A DNA stretch of 59,509 nucleotides, from positions 1 to 59,509 of the forward strand of contig SYOC01000111.1 in assembly GCA_005804965.1 (NCBI GenBank). Direction: 5' to 3'. The position numbers and the translations under genes were made by a program. Shown here piece after piece: positions 35,843-46,744 of the stretch. Every line of letters starts with the position of its first letter. The stretch's first letter is position 1. The notes below the pieces were generated by a model. The model did not search any database. It saw only the letters and a program-made list of their open reading frames with translations, and was not told the DNA's origin. The stretch comes from Pseudomonadota bacterium (GTDB taxonomy: Bacteria > Desulfobacterota > Binatia > Bin18).

Positions 35843-38227
35843 CGATGCTAACGTCGGTTTTCCTTGCTGTGACGCGGGAACACCTTCCGGTGCGCCAGTG
35901 ATCGCGAAGCGTGGTTTGAAGAGCGAGACCATCGACGGGATAAACACCAGCGCACCGATGACGTGGAGGAAGAGAATGAGCGCGAGCAACAGCGCCATCT
36001 CGGCCTGGAATCGCATCGGAAACCAGAGCCAGAAAATCACGCTGGCGGTGAGTGTGGTGCCGGTGAACAGGATCGCCCGCCCGGTCGTCATGAGGGCTTC
36101 TTCAATCGCCTGATCCACATCAGGGAACCGCCCATACTCCTCGGTAATGCGAGAAAGCACGTAGTAGCCGTAATCAATGCCGATCCCGATGCCGATGGCG
36201 GCAATCGGCAGCGAGTTGATGTTCATGTCGATGCCGATGCCATACATGATCGCTTCGGTCAGAGGCTGGGCGACGATAGACGGGATCATCACGATCAACG
36301 CTCCGGCCAGCGACCAATAGGTGAGGAAGCTGAGAATGAACACGATGACCAACACGAGATAGAGATTCACGCGATACGACCACTCGACTTCCTCGTTGAC
36401 TGCCGCCAAGATGCCAAACAGGCCCCCAGCCAGGCGAAAATCAAACTTGTCCGACGGATTGGCGGCAATATAGTCTTTGGCACGTTGCAGTGCGCTCATG
36501 ATGGTGTCGTGGTTGTAGTCGCGGAAAAAGATGGTGACGGTAGCGTTTTGTAGCTCCTTATCGACAAATCGCTCCAGTGCCGGAGCGCCAGCAGACATGA
36601 GGAAATACGAGAACATATTGCCCACGTCTTTTGTCCCTGACGGCATGATAGCCCACTTGGGGATGCCTTCTTCAAACATCTGGTACATCTGGCGGATGAT
36701 ATCGACACCGCTGACACTCCCGCCGGCCATAGCGTTGCTCCGCTCCATATGTCGCTGAAATTGTTCGAGCTCATTGAGGTATTTCACCTCACGAAAGACA
36801 CCAGGCTCTTTGCCTTCAGCGATAATTGTCAGCGAAGAGATGCCCACAAAGCCTTTTTGGATGATCCGGTCGTAGGCCACGTTGTACGGGTGATCGGCAT
36901 AGAACAGCGCCTTGCCGATCGACACATCGCCAATCTTGAGTTGCTTGGCGTAATAAATGCCCCCGACCAAAGCAACGATGAATGCGCCAATCATGGCATG
37001 ACGGGCATTGCCACGACTAATGCTGACAAGCCCACGGTTGATGGTGTTGTAGATTTTATCGGAAAATCGCCGGCCAGCTTTGGGGTCGTGCCGTGGCGGA
37101 TTGAGGAAGCTCAGGATGATGGGGTGCAACGTCACCACGCTTACCGAGATCGTGAAAATCCAAAAACTGGAGACGACTGCTAGCTTCTGCACCAAGGGAA
37201 TCCGTGCGACCGCGAGGCTTAAAATCGCGAAACCATCGGCAGCGATGGAGACGAGCGCTGGCGAGAATAATCCGAGATACGACTGCATGATCGCGGCATT
37301 TTTGTCCCCAAGGCGGGCATATTCCTCGTGGTAGCGTTCCATAGATTGAACGGAATGCGACAGTGCCCGGGCGGTAATAAGAAGAAAGACGACGATCATC
37401 AAGAGATCAATCGTGAAGCCGAGCGCTCCAGCGAAGCCGAGCGCCCAAAACGTACTGAGGGTGCCGGAGAATAAGGGAATGAGGACGCCTTGCACGGTGC
37501 GGAAGTAAAACCACAGCAACAACACGATGGAAAGAACGGTTAACCCGGCGATATAGAGGATCCAATCTTGATAGCTGAAGATCCAACAGAACAGCATCGG
37601 AAAGCCGGTCATGTGGATAGTGTGGTTGGCATCTGTCTCCTGCGCCTGAAGTTTGAACAGGCGCTCGCGCATCTTGCCAAAATCCAAACCCGATTCCCAA
37701 AACCCAGCAGTAATGAGTGCCATCTTGTTGTCGCGCGATACATAGAAGTCGAGAATCCCATCGTTGGTGTACACCGCCTTTTTAATTTTGGCGGCGGTCT
37801 GTGCATCTTTGGGCGGGCCGGGGAAGAACAATGGCAAGACTTTGACCCCGGTGCTAGAAATAATAGTGTTGCGCACTGCTGGGTGGGAAATCGACCGTAC
37901 TTGCCAAGGATTTACGCCCGAGGTTTCCATGATGGCGATGGTCAGTCGATTAATCTTGTTCAGCGTCTCGACGTTATAGAGGTCGCCGTTTTGCACTTCG
38001 ACGCCGACCACCAACACGTTGGCAGAGCCGAACATGCGCGAGTGCTTTTTCGCCAGCTGGGTGTAGGGATGGCTCGGGGGATAGAAATCCAGAAAGTTCA
38101 TCTGGATCTTCGTATTTGAGAGTTCGTAGCCGAGAAAAATGGTGACAAGAAAAGAAAGCGCAAGTACCGGCCAGCGATAGCGAAGGAGGAAGCGTACATA
38201 CGCCTCCATCCATGAACGCGGGAGCAT
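35840..38227 (-). CDS. MMPL/RND-family transporter
   Basis: Two repeats of a periplasmic loop plus about 5 TM helices; 'GIGIGIDYG.Y' and 'TTGRAI.FT' motifs; start set at MLPR after AGGAGG. Confidence 0.92.
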   Translation of the reverse strand: MLPRSWMEAYVRFLLRYRWPVLALSFLVTIFLGYELSNTKIQMNFLDFYPPSHPYTQLAKKHSRMFGSANVLVVGVEVQNGDLYNVETLNKINRLTIAIMETSGVNPWQVRSISHPAVRNTIISSTGVKVLPLFFPGPPKDAQTAAKIKKAVYTNDGILDFYVSRDNKMALITAGFWESGLDFGKMRERLFKLQAQETDANHTIHMTGFPMLFCWIFSYQDWILYIAGLTVLSIVLLLWFYFRTVQGVLIPLFSGTLSTFWALGFAGALGFTIDLLMIVVFLLITARALSHSVQSMERYHEEYARLGDKNAAIMQSYLGLFSPALVSIAADGFAILSLAVARIPLVQKLAVVSSFWIFTISVSVVTLHPIILSFLNPPRHDPKAGRRFSDKIYNTINRGLVSISRGNARHAMIGAFIVALVGGIYYAKQLKIGDVSIGKALFYADHPYNVAYDRIIQKGFVGISSLTIIAEGKEPGVFREVKYLNELEQFQRHMERSNAMAGGSVSGVDIIRQMYQMFEEGIPKWAIMPSGTKDVGNMFSYFLMSAGAPALERFVDKELQNATVTIFFRDYNHDTIMSALQRAKDYIAANPSDKFDFRLAGGLFGILAAVNEEVEWSYRVNLYLVLVIVFILSFLTYWSLAGALIVMIPSIVAQPLTEAIMYGIGIDMNINSLPIAAIGIGIGIDYGYYVLSRITEEYGRFPDVDQAIEEALMTTGRAILFTGTTLTASVIFWLWFPMRFQAEMALLLALILFLHVIGALVFIPSMVSLFKPRFAITGAPEGVPASQQGKPTLAS

Positions 38228-38302
38228 AACGAGAACCTCCTGACCTCTCTCCACAGTTCTGGCAGCAGGAACAACTCTCAAGTGCCAGAAAGGGAGAGGG
38301 GC

Positions 38303-38331
38303 AGGCTATGCTTGCCCCTCTAGGGTGTCAA
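38303..38331 (-). promoter_or_regulatory. Putative sigma70 promoter of the MMPL gene
   Basis: TTGACA-N17-TAGCCT on the minus strand. Confidence 0.6.
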
Positions 38332-38352
38332 GGGTTTCGTGCCGAGCTGCGC

Positions 38353-38745
38353 CTATTCGGCGGGAACGAGGACCGCGCTGGTGCCGTTTTGATTGACCCA
38401 TGAAAATGAGCCACGAAAGGACTTTTTATTGGGGACTTCAAAGCGGCAGGATAGTGGCATGCCGGTATTGAGCGGAACAGAAGCAAGTACCACCGTGCTA
38501 CCCGCAGGCACGACCAGCGGCCCGCTTGGGGCAATTTCCCCCCCGGTAGCATCAATGGCGGCACCCGAGACGGTACCGTCTTTTGTTCCGACATTGGTGA
38601 CCATACAACGAACCGTGCTGACCGGTCCCGAGCCCACGGCAACCGAGGCGCTGGGAAACGGGGCGGTGGTGAGTGTCACGGCGTGGGCGGTACCGCTGGC
38701 ACCGCAGAGTAAGGCAATTGCCATCAGAAACTGACGGGGTCGCAT
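38353..38745 (-). CDS. Small secreted beta-rich hypothetical protein
   Basis: Signal peptide ending AHA, two Cys in the mature part, GGAGG RBS. Confidence 0.7.
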   Translation of the reverse strand: MRPRQFLMAIALLCGASGTAHAVTLTTAPFPSASVAVGSGPVSTVRCMVTNVGTKDGTVSGAAIDATGGEIAPSGPLVVPAGSTVVLASVPLNTGMPLSCRFEVPNKKSFRGSFSWVNQNGTSAVLVPAE

Positions 38746-38930
38746 AGACGTTGATCCTCCTAGCGCCCTGTAACTCCCGGGCCGGTATCTTTGTTCCCGC
38801 GATTCTGCCACTTTACTCTTTCCTAAGAAGCGTCTATTTTCCGGCGATGCTGCGGCGTGCATGGTCCCGGGGACTGTAGCTCGACCGTGGTGAGTGTGTG
38901 GTTATCTGTCTAGAGGAGGACATCGAAGCG

Positions 38931-40985
38931 ATGGGTGTTATTGCATATCTCTCTCCCTATTTGGGGTTCATCGGCCTCGGCGTAGCGCTGATGATTTATC
39001 TTTCTGTCCAGAACCGTCCTGCTGGCGACGCCAAGATGCAAGAAATCGCCGGCTACATTTATGAAGGTTCGATGGCGTTCCTCAAACGCGAGTATCGCAT
39101 CTTAGCGATCTTTATGGTGGTGGTTTTCCTCTTACTGTCGTGGAAGATTGCTTGGCAAACTGGCCTTGCCTTTCTCAGCGGCGGGTTCTGTTCCGTGTTG
39201 GCTGGACTCTTTGGCATGCAGGCTGCCACCAAGGCGAACGTGCGGACGTCACAAGCGGCGAAGGAGCAAGGCGAAGGTGAAGCCTTACAAGTGGCCTTCG
39301 ACGGCGGTGCGGTCATGGGTCTCGCGGTGGCCAGCCTGGGCTTGATTGGCGTTGGCATTTTTCTCGGCCTGTATAACGACGTGGATACATCTCAATACAT
39401 CAGCGGCTTTGCCATGGGAGCCAGCTCCATTGCGCTGTTCGCCCGGGTGGGTGGCGGCATCTACACCAAAGCGGCGGACGTTGGCAGCGACCTCGTGGGC
39501 AAGGTCGAAGCTGGCATTCCTGAAGATGATCCGCGTAACCCTGGCGTTATTGCTGACAACGTCGGTGACAACGTGGGCGACGTGGCTGGGATGGGGGCCG
39601 ACCTTTTTGAATCCTACGTGGGTGCGATCATCGCCGCGCTGGCTATCGGTGCAACTCTGAGCGGCGATGCCTTCACGAACTTGGGCCAAAGCGATGTCAC
39701 CTCAAGCTATCTGCGCAATTCTCTCATGGCGCTGCCGCTGGATCTCGCTGCTATCGGCTTGCTGGCGTCTTTTCTCGGGATTGGCTCCATGCGAGTCCTG
39801 AAAAATGTCGGACCACAACTGGCATTGCGCTACGCGACCTATCTATCGGCAGCGTCCTTTCTCTTTCTCGCGCTCATTCTAGTGTGGGGGCTTGGCATTG
39901 CCCACTCTGTCTTTTGGGCCATCGCTTCTGGATGCGTCGTCGGTATTGGCATTGGCCGCATCACGGAATATTACACGTCGGCTGAGCCAGTGAATCGTGT
40001 CGCGAATGCCAGTAAAACTGGTGCCGCTACCAACATTATTCAGGGTATGGCGGTAGGGCTAGAAAGCTGCGCACTGCCGGTGCTCGCGATTTGTCTGTCG
40101 ATTTTCATCGCCAACTATGCAGCTGGTTTGTACGGGATCGGCATCGCCGGGATCGGCATGTTGGCCACGGTTGGCATCACTATGACTGTCGACGCTTATG
40201 GTCCGATTGCCGACAACGCTGGCGGTATCTCGGAAATGGCGGGCTTAGGGCCAGAAGTACGCAAGATTACCGACGGCTTGGACTCGCTCGGCAACACCAC
40301 TGCCGCGATTGGCAAAGGCTTCGCCATTGGCTCGGCAGCCTTAACCGCATTGGCCTTGTTTTCCGCTTTCACGCAGGCTGTCGATCAAGCGCGTCAGGCA
40401 GCCAAGCTCCCGCCGCTCTTGATTGTCGTGACTGATCCCTACGTTGTGATTGGGCTTTTCATCGGCGGCATTCTGCCCTTCTTCATCGCGGCGTTGACCA
40501 TGACCGCTGTGGGGCGTGCCGCGAGTAAGATGGTGGATGAGATTCGTCGCCAATTCCGCGAGATTCCCGGCCTCCTCGCTGGCGATCCGAACGCACGGCC
40601 AGATGCTGCTCGCTGCGTCGATATTTCTACTGCTGCCGCCTTAAAGGAAATGATTCTTCCAGGTGTGACCGCTGTCATCGCGCCGGTGATTGTCGGATGG
40701 ATTTTTGGTGCCGAGGCACTCGGTGGCATGCTCGCTGGAGCAACGGTCACTGGTGTATTGCTCGCGTTGTTCATGGCCAATTCTGGTGGGGTGTGGGACA
40801 ACGCCAAAAAAGCCATCGAGAAAGGCGAAGTGCCGGGCGAACACAAAGGCTCGGAGGCGCATCGCGCCGCAGTCGTAGGCGACACCGTTGGCGATCCCTT
40901 CAAAGATACCTCGGGTCCAGCCATGAACATCCTGATTAAGCTGATGTCCATCGTCGCGCTGGTGATTGCGCCGTTGCTGGCGTAG
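38931..40985 (+). CDS. hppA: Membrane-bound pyrophosphatase, K+-dependent type (likely Na+-translocating)
   Basis: '[41 protein letters not shown]', [10 protein letters not shown] (Ala variant) and '[11 protein letters not shown]' motifs. Confidence 0.96.
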   Translation: MGVIAYLSPYLGFIGLGVALMIYLSVQNRPAGDAKMQEIAGYIYEGSMAFLKREYRILAIFMVVVFLLLSWKIAWQTGLAFLSGGFCSVLAGLFGMQAATKANVRTSQAAKEQGEGEALQVAFDGGAVMGLAVASLGLIGVGIFLGLYNDVDTSQYISGFAMGASSIALFARVGGGIYTKAADVGSDLVGKVEAGIPEDDPRNPGVIADNVGDNVGDVAGMGADLFESYVGAIIAALAIGATLSGDAFTNLGQSDVTSSYLRNSLMALPLDLAAIGLLASFLGIGSMRVLKNVGPQLALRYATYLSAASFLFLALILVWGLGIAHSVFWAIASGCVVGIGIGRITEYYTSAEPVNRVANASKTGAATNIIQGMAVGLESCALPVLAICLSIFIANYAAGLYGIGIAGIGMLATVGITMTVDAYGPIADNAGGISEMAGLGPEVRKITDGLDSLGNTTAAIGKGFAIGSAALTALALFSAFTQAVDQARQAAKLPPLLIVVTDPYVVIGLFIGGILPFFIAALTMTAVGRAASKMVDEIRRQFREIPGLLAGDPNARPDAARCVDISTAAALKEMILPGVTAVIAPVIVGWIFGAEALGGMLAGATVTGVLLALFMANSGGVWDNAKKAIEKGEVPGEHKGSEAHRAAVVGDTVGDPFKDTSGPAMNILIKLMSIVALVIAPLLA

Positions 40986-40992
40986 CGCTCGG

Positions 40993-41220
40993 TTACGATT
41001 CGAACTCACCTCGGGGCACTCCGGATTGACGGATGATGGATTGGAGTGTCCCGATTCGCAATTCCGTGTGATCAGGAACCGGCACCGTAATTGTCGTACT
41101 GGAAAGCTGTTTCTGCATGACAATGTGACTACTGTGCCGACGTACCTCCACGAACCCGTGACGGGTAAGAATAGTGCAAACTTCTTTTCCGGAGAGGATG
41201 CGAAGCTTACCCAACCGCAA
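40993..41220 (-). CDS. hicA: HicA-family toxin
   Basis: 'LSGKEV..IL..HGF..VR..(S)SH..M......VPVP.H.EL..GTL.SI..Q'. Confidence 0.88.
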   Translation of the reverse strand: MRLGKLRILSGKEVCTILTRHGFVEVRRHSSHIVMQKQLSSTTITVPVPDHTELRIGTLQSIIRQSGVPRGEFES

Positions 41221-41428
41221 TCTCCAATCGGGTCACATAGACTTCATCATGAAGCCGCTGCTGAATCTCCTCAGGAGAAGCGGCTGCAAAAAATAGCTCA
41301 AGCGCCTCTCGGAGATTTTCTCGGGCTTCCTCGATCGTGTCGCCTTGGCTGGCAATGTCGAGTTCTGGGCAAAGCGACACGTAACCGCCTTCCTCTCGCT
41401 CAATAATTGCCGTGAGCTGCTTTTTCAT
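41207..41428 (-). CDS. hicB: Short HicB-family antitoxin
   Basis: 'AIIERE..GYV.LCPELDIASQG.T.EEA..NL.EALELF'. Confidence 0.9.
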   Translation of the reverse strand: MKKQLTAIIEREEGGYVSLCPELDIASQGDTIEEARENLREALELFFAAASPEEIQQRLHDEVYVTRLEIAVG

Positions 41429-41583
41429 GTTTTGACTCCATTTCGTTGATCATTCCGCCAGTCTGCTACGTTTGAGATGTACACATGCTCGCTCTAACCA
41501 CTCCCAGGCGCAAGGTGGCGACACTTCTCCATCCACAAGTACAACCCTGCTGAAGCAGCCTCGTCAAAAGTTCACGCCGCGAC

Positions 41584-42960
41584 TTACAGAAATCGCAGCA
41601 GGAGCGTCAAAATCCCCAGGAACGAGAGAAATCCGCAGATGTCCGTGCAGGCCGTGACAAAGACATTTGAGGCCACGGCTGGATCAACCCCCAACCGACG
41701 CATGGTAAACGGAATCATGCTACCGACAAAGGCCGCGATCAACAGATTGACGACCAGGGCCAGCGCGAGGACCATGCCAAGTAAAGCCTCGCCTTTCCAC
41801 AGATAGGCGACAAGACCTGCGGCACAGCCCAACGCGACGCCGTTTCCTAACGCGACGAGCAGCTCTTTGAGTAAGATGCGCTTGGTGTGGGCAAGGCTCA
41901 CTTCGCCCAGTGCGAGACCGCGCACAATGACGGTCAAGGTCTGAATGCCGGCGTTGCCACCTTGAGCGGCGACGATGGTCATGAAGGCGGCTGCGATGGC
42001 CACCGTGTGAATCGTCCCTTCAAAAAGAGCGATCACCGTGGCGCTCACCGTGGTCGTGAACAGGTTAAGCGCCAGCCAAGGCAGCCGTCGCCGGATGGAT
42101 CGCCCTGGAGAATCCAAGACGTCACCTTCTCCACCGAGACCTGCCAGTTTATAGATGTCCTCTGTTGCTTCTTCTTCCAATACATCGACCACATCGTCGA
42201 TAGTAATACGTCCTAAGAGCACCCCCTGAGGATCAATGACCGGGAGCGACACCAAGTCATATTTCTTGAAAAGCTGGGCGACTTGCTCTTGGTCGGTATC
42301 GACACGCGCCGCGATCACTTGTCGGTCCATGACATTTTCCACGTATTCGTCCGGGCGCGCGAGAATCAACTTGCGCAGCGGCAACACTCCAGTCAGGCGT
42401 CGTGCGTGGTCAACGATAAAGACGTTGTGAATGTCGGGCACCTCGTCGATATGGGTACGAATGATCTCGATGGCTTCGTTGACACGACACCCCTGCAATA
42501 CCTCGACATGCTCGGTCTGCATGATGCCGCCGGCAGTATCTGCCGGGTAGCGGAGCAATTGCTCCATCTCAGCGGACAGCTCGTCCGGCACTTGATCGAG
42601 CACAGCCCGCGCTTGTTCTTCCGACAGAGACCCCAGCAAATCCACCGCGTCATCCGAGTCGAGCCGCTCGACGAGATCACTCAGTACTGCATTCGAGAGA
42701 TCCTGCGTGAGCCACTCTTGAGTGAGCGGCGCGACGAGGCTCAGCACTTCAGAAGCAAGATCCGGGGCAAGAAAAGAGAAAATCTGCTGTTTGACTTCGG
42801 GTTCTTCGAGCGCATTGAGCAATTCGGCAATGTCGGCGGGATGCAAATCGACCAGACCAGCACGAACCTGCTCTTCTTGGCCTAGTTCGGCCAGCATGAG
42901 CAACGTTTCTAGTTGGATTTCCCGATTGGGCGTAAACGTGGCAGAGACTTCAGCATTCAT
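41584..42960 (-). CDS. mgtE: Magnesium transporter MgtE
   Basis: 'LHPADIA', 'D.AGG.M', CBS pair, 'RLPWL', 'GGNAG.Q' and 'DPAVAS..FVT..TD' motifs. Confidence 0.95.
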   Translation of the reverse strand: MNAEVSATFTPNREIQLETLLMLAELGQEEQVRAGLVDLHPADIAELLNALEEPEVKQQIFSFLAPDLASEVLSLVAPLTQEWLTQDLSNAVLSDLVERLDSDDAVDLLGSLSEEQARAVLDQVPDELSAEMEQLLRYPADTAGGIMQTEHVEVLQGCRVNEAIEIIRTHIDEVPDIHNVFIVDHARRLTGVLPLRKLILARPDEYVENVMDRQVIAARVDTDQEQVAQLFKKYDLVSLPVIDPQGVLLGRITIDDVVDVLEEEATEDIYKLAGLGGEGDVLDSPGRSIRRRLPWLALNLFTTTVSATVIALFEGTIHTVAIAAAFMTIVAAQGGNAGIQTLTVIVRGLALGEVSLAHTKRILLKELLVALGNGVALGCAAGLVAYLWKGEALLGMVLALALVVNLLIAAFVGSMIPFTMRRLGVDPAVASNVFVTACTDICGFLSFLGILTLLLRFL

Positions 42961-44729
42961 GGTGCGTCATCCTCCGCTTGACCGTCGGTATTCTCATTTT
43001 CCTGTGCTGCGATCTCGGGAATGTGGACACCTGCCGCCGCCGCGACGAGCACCAAGCGACGTTTTCCTTTTGGTCCAGTGCCTTCGCTGGTGTCCACCGC
43101 CTGCAAGTTGGCCACGTTTTGCGCGGCAATTTTCTGCCACACATCTTCCCACACGAGTAAAAAGAACGGTTGTTCTGGCGAGACTAGCGCTGCATCGTAA
43201 TGCGGAATGCGCCGCTGGGCATAGTACAATGCGCCGTTATCGAAAGCGTGGTGAAAAAAGAGCGGTGCATTCCCGACTGTTTGGGAGACGCGCAACATAA
43301 ACGGCTTGAACGTGCGTGCTTCTGCCACCAGTGGTTGAAACACGTTGTTGACGAGCAGAAACGTGCTGAAAGTGAACGCGATTAAGGCAGCAAAAAGCTG
43401 CCCCCAGGCTTGGTGCCGAAGGCTGGAGAGCAGCAGAATGGCAGCCGGGCCTACCACCCCAAACCACAGGACAAAGGCGAGGGGGTGTCGGGCGACGACA
43501 TCAGCGAAAAACGGCAAGTTGCTTTGATCCTTCGGATGTAGCAACGGACGAATAAGTGCCAGCACGTCGTAGTGCATAACCTGCCCAAGCACGACGAGCG
43601 CCGCTGCGGCGATGGTGAGAAAACCGAGAGCACCGCCGCCTCGCAACAACCAGAGTAAGGCTGGCGGCAGTTGCACAGCGCCGCGCCGCAGTTCCTGCCA
43701 CCATACACCTAAAAGTAGAGCCAGTGCCGGATACATCGGCAAAATATAGACCGTACGTTTGCCGCTGGCTGCGGAATAGAACAGAAACACCGTGGCCGCC
43801 CAGATGACAGGATAAGCAAGCTGTTGCTCGCGCCATGCGGCACGACGCTGATACAGGAAGACTGCTGCCGCTGGAAAAAAGAAACTCCATGGTGCCATGC
43901 CCAGCATCAGATTGGGGAGGAAATAGTAGAAAGCATGCTCGTGTCCGGCCCCGGCAGCATTGCTGGAGACGAAGCGCATGACGTTTTCTTTCATGATCTG
44001 TGTAGCGAAAAAATCAGACCCGCCTTGCCACAACGCGAGACCGTACCAGGCACCAGCCACCACGACGAACAGCGCAGCGCTGGACAGCAACGCGAAGCGC
44101 TTCAGAAAAGCCAAGTCCCTTTGCAGCACCAGAAAGACCACGATAGTGAGCCCGGGCAAGACGGCACCGACCGGACCTTTGGCTAACGTGGCGAAACCCA
44201 AAAGCAGGGCAAGCAGCCAGGATGCTCCACGGCTGGCCGTGCCTCGGCGGTATAGGGAATAAAAGAACAGAAAGGCCAGAACCATACAGACCGTGAGCGT
44301 CATATCGACCCGTGCCGTAGTGGCGGCCCGTATCCATTCAAAGCTGGTGGCCAATATCAGCGCGGCAATAAGGCCGGCTTCCACGCCCCACAAGGCACGT
44401 CCTGCCCCATAGGTCAGCAACACTCCGAGCACAGCTAACGCGGCAGAGGGGAAACGAATGGTGAACTCGCTCATCCCGCCATAGCCGAAGGAGACGAGCG
44501 TGCCGAGCCAATGGAACAACGGTGGCTTCGAGGGAATGATTTGGCCGTTACGGAGTGGAAGAATCCACTCTCCTGCAGTGTAGATTTCCCACACCACTGT
44601 GCCTTCGCGCGGTTCTCCCTTCGTGTAGAAGGGCAGTGTCCCCAGGCCCCACACATAGAGCACCACACAGAAGACAAAAATGAAGCCGCCGATTAGCCGA
44701 GGATGGGAGCGCCAAGAGTGCAAACGCAT
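42957..44729 (-). CDS. ArnT-like glycosyltransferase (GT-C, family 39/83)
   Basis: 'GEPRE', 'W..P..NG....SKPPL.HW', 'R.PSA', 'AR.DM' and 'LAKGP' motifs. Confidence 0.9.
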   Translation of the reverse strand: MRLHSWRSHPRLIGGFIFVFCVVLYVWGLGTLPFYTKGEPREGTVVWEIYTAGEWILPLRNGQIIPSKPPLFHWLGTLVSFGYGGMSEFTIRFPSAALAVLGVLLTYGAGRALWGVEAGLIAALILATSFEWIRAATTARVDMTLTVCMVLAFLFFYSLYRRGTASRGASWLLALLLGFATLAKGPVGAVLPGLTIVVFLVLQRDLAFLKRFALLSSAALFVVVAGAWYGLALWQGGSDFFATQIMKENVMRFVSSNAAGAGHEHAFYYFLPNLMLGMAPWSFFFPAAAVFLYQRRAAWREQQLAYPVIWAATVFLFYSAASGKRTVYILPMYPALALLLGVWWQELRRGAVQLPPALLWLLRGGGALGFLTIAAAALVVLGQVMHYDVLALIRPLLHPKDQSNLPFFADVVARHPLAFVLWFGVVGPAAILLLSSLRHQAWGQLFAALIAFTFSTFLLVNNVFQPLVAEARTFKPFMLRVSQTVGNAPLFFHHAFDNGALYYAQRRIPHYDAALVSPEQPFFLLVWEDVWQKIAAQNVANLQAVDTSEGTGPKGKRRLVLVAAAAGVHIPEIAAQENENTDGQAEDDAP

Positions 44730-44771
44730 GGGTGTGTCATCAGACGACCGAGTAGGGTGCCTGTTCCCTGT

Positions 44772-46640
44772 TCATTGTACAGCAGCCGGCTGGTTGGCCG
44801 ACGGCGTAGCCTCCGCTTGCGGAGCAATGCTCGCTGGGGCTTCGGCAGGCGGCGGTGTTGCGGTCGCGGGTGGTGGGGCCTCCCCCGTTGAAGGCGGAGC
44901 AGTGGGGGCAGCTTCGGGTTGCGGCTGCCGTCCCGGCATCATCGCGGCCAGCACGAGACGATGCTTTTTGTCCGGGCCACGGCCTTCGCTGGTGACGAGA
45001 TGCTCAAGCCGACGATCCGTCGCAGAGACGACTCGCCAGTCTTCCTCCCGCATCAGGAGATACTGTGGCGTACCAGCTTGCCCATCCACAGCAAACTTCG
45101 CCAGATCACCATCGTACGAGGGGATATGGCGATTCGCGTAGAATGTCGCGCCGTAGTCATAGGCATTTTTGTAGAAAAACAGTGGTGCGTTTTTTACTGT
45201 TGAACGGATGCCCAACATAAAGAGTTTATAGGTTCGCTCCTCAGCCAGCAGGGGATGAAACAGCGCATTGGCGAAATAGAGCGACGACGATGTTACCACC
45301 ACCAGCGCGGCGAAGACCGACATCCACTGATTCTTGCGCAGGCCCCAGAGATACCAGCCTGTAGCAAAGGCGAGCATTGACAGCCACACGATCACCACCG
45401 GGAATTGGTTCTGCAAACTGTAGGCGACAATCGGCAAATTTGCTCGGTCGCGCGGGTGCAGCAACGGCGAGATGATATGATCCAAATCAAACCCAGCGCT
45501 GTGTGCAACTAAGAACAGAACAATGAGCGTGAAGATGGCGCAGGGAACAATAGCGTTGATGCGTGCCAGGCGCTTAGCAAAGACCGAAGAGACCGACTCT
45601 CCCTCGACCAGGGCATCCCACCACACGGCAAACAGCAACGCGAGCGGTGGATACAGTGGCAGCAGATAATTCGTGCGTTTGCCCGAGGCCAGGGTGAAGA
45701 AGATCAGGCCGGCCACGAACCACACGAGCAGATAGCGTAATTTAGGAGCCGCCAGCGCCTCCCGAGAGCGATAAAAGAAGTGGATGAGTGCTGGGAAGAA
45801 CAAACTCCAAGGAAACATGCTGACGAACAGCGCCGGGGCGTAGTAATACCATGCATGATCCCGGCTCGGCCCGCCTTGCTCGTTCTCGAAGAAGCGATAG
45901 AGGTTTTCGTTGAGAATTTGGTGGCGAAAAAATTCCCAGCCGGCTTGTTCGAGTGCCAGCGCGTACCACGACACCGCCACCACCAGGACGATGACCGTTC
46001 CTTCGAGCAACCGCATGTGGCGCACGAACCCAAGATCGCGAGAGATGACCAGAAACGTGAAGCTCACCAACCCCGGCAAGACGATGCCGAGTGGTCCCTT
46101 GGCTAACGTGGCAAGTCCAACGAAGAGATACAGCAAGTAGAGCGTCCGTCGCTGTGCGCCACGTTCCTCCCAAGCGCGAAAGAACATGAACCCGGCGGCC
46201 GTGAGGAAAAAGACCATGGCCATATCGCTGCGCGCGTACGTGGCCCAGCGCACCCATTCCGGCGACGTGGCCGTGACAAGTGCTGCCAGCAGACCTACAC
46301 GCCAATTCCAGAAGCGACGGCCAAAGAAAAAGATCATGAAGACACTCGCCGTCGAGAAGAACGCCGAGGGCGAGCGCACGGCGAACTCATTGGCTTTGCC
46401 GCTAATCAAAGCAATGAGTGCCCCGCACCAATGGAACAGAAGTGGTTTGAGTGGAATTTCCTCGCCGTTGCGCAGGGGGAGAATCCAGCCGCCACCGTTC
46501 ACCATCTCCCATACGATGAGGGCCTCTTTGGATTCCTCGTAGTTATAGAAAGGAATCTGGCCCAGCTCCCAGAAATAGAGCAGGAAACAAAGGAAGAAGA
46601 GGCCAGCAACCGTTTGCTGAGTCCGCTGCGGTTCATTCAT
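44772..46640 (-). CDS. ArnT-like glycosyltransferase, paralog with Pro/Ala-rich tail
   Basis: Same motifs as its neighbour ('EESKE', 'KPLLFHW', 'ARSDM', 'LAKGP', 'SGKR..Y.LP.YP'). Confidence 0.9.
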   Translation of the reverse strand: MNEPQRTQQTVAGLFFLCFLLYFWELGQIPFYNYEESKEALIVWEMVNGGGWILPLRNGEEIPLKPLLFHWCGALIALISGKANEFAVRSPSAFFSTASVFMIFFFGRRFWNWRVGLLAALVTATSPEWVRWATYARSDMAMVFFLTAAGFMFFRAWEERGAQRRTLYLLYLFVGLATLAKGPLGIVLPGLVSFTFLVISRDLGFVRHMRLLEGTVIVLVVAVSWYALALEQAGWEFFRHQILNENLYRFFENEQGGPSRDHAWYYYAPALFVSMFPWSLFFPALIHFFYRSREALAAPKLRYLLVWFVAGLIFFTLASGKRTNYLLPLYPPLALLFAVWWDALVEGESVSSVFAKRLARINAIVPCAIFTLIVLFLVAHSAGFDLDHIISPLLHPRDRANLPIVAYSLQNQFPVVIVWLSMLAFATGWYLWGLRKNQWMSVFAALVVVTSSSLYFANALFHPLLAEERTYKLFMLGIRSTVKNAPLFFYKNAYDYGATFYANRHIPSYDGDLAKFAVDGQAGTPQYLLMREEDWRVVSATDRRLEHLVTSEGRGPDKKHRLVLAAMMPGRQPQPEAAPTAPPSTGEAPPPATATPPPAEAPASIAPQAEATPSANQPAAVQ

Positions 46641-46664
46641 GCTGCACCCCAGATCGTCGCACAG

Positions 46665-46693
46665 GCACTATCTGCTCGCCTGCTACCTGTCAA
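46665..46693 (-). promoter_or_regulatory. Putative sigma70 promoter of the arnT-arnT-mgtE unit
   Basis: TTGACA-N17-TAGTGC on the minus strand. Confidence 0.5.
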
Positions 46694-46744
46694 ACCCCTG
46701 GGGTGAGTGAGGGTACGTGCCGTCTCATGCTAGAGTAAGCGCCT

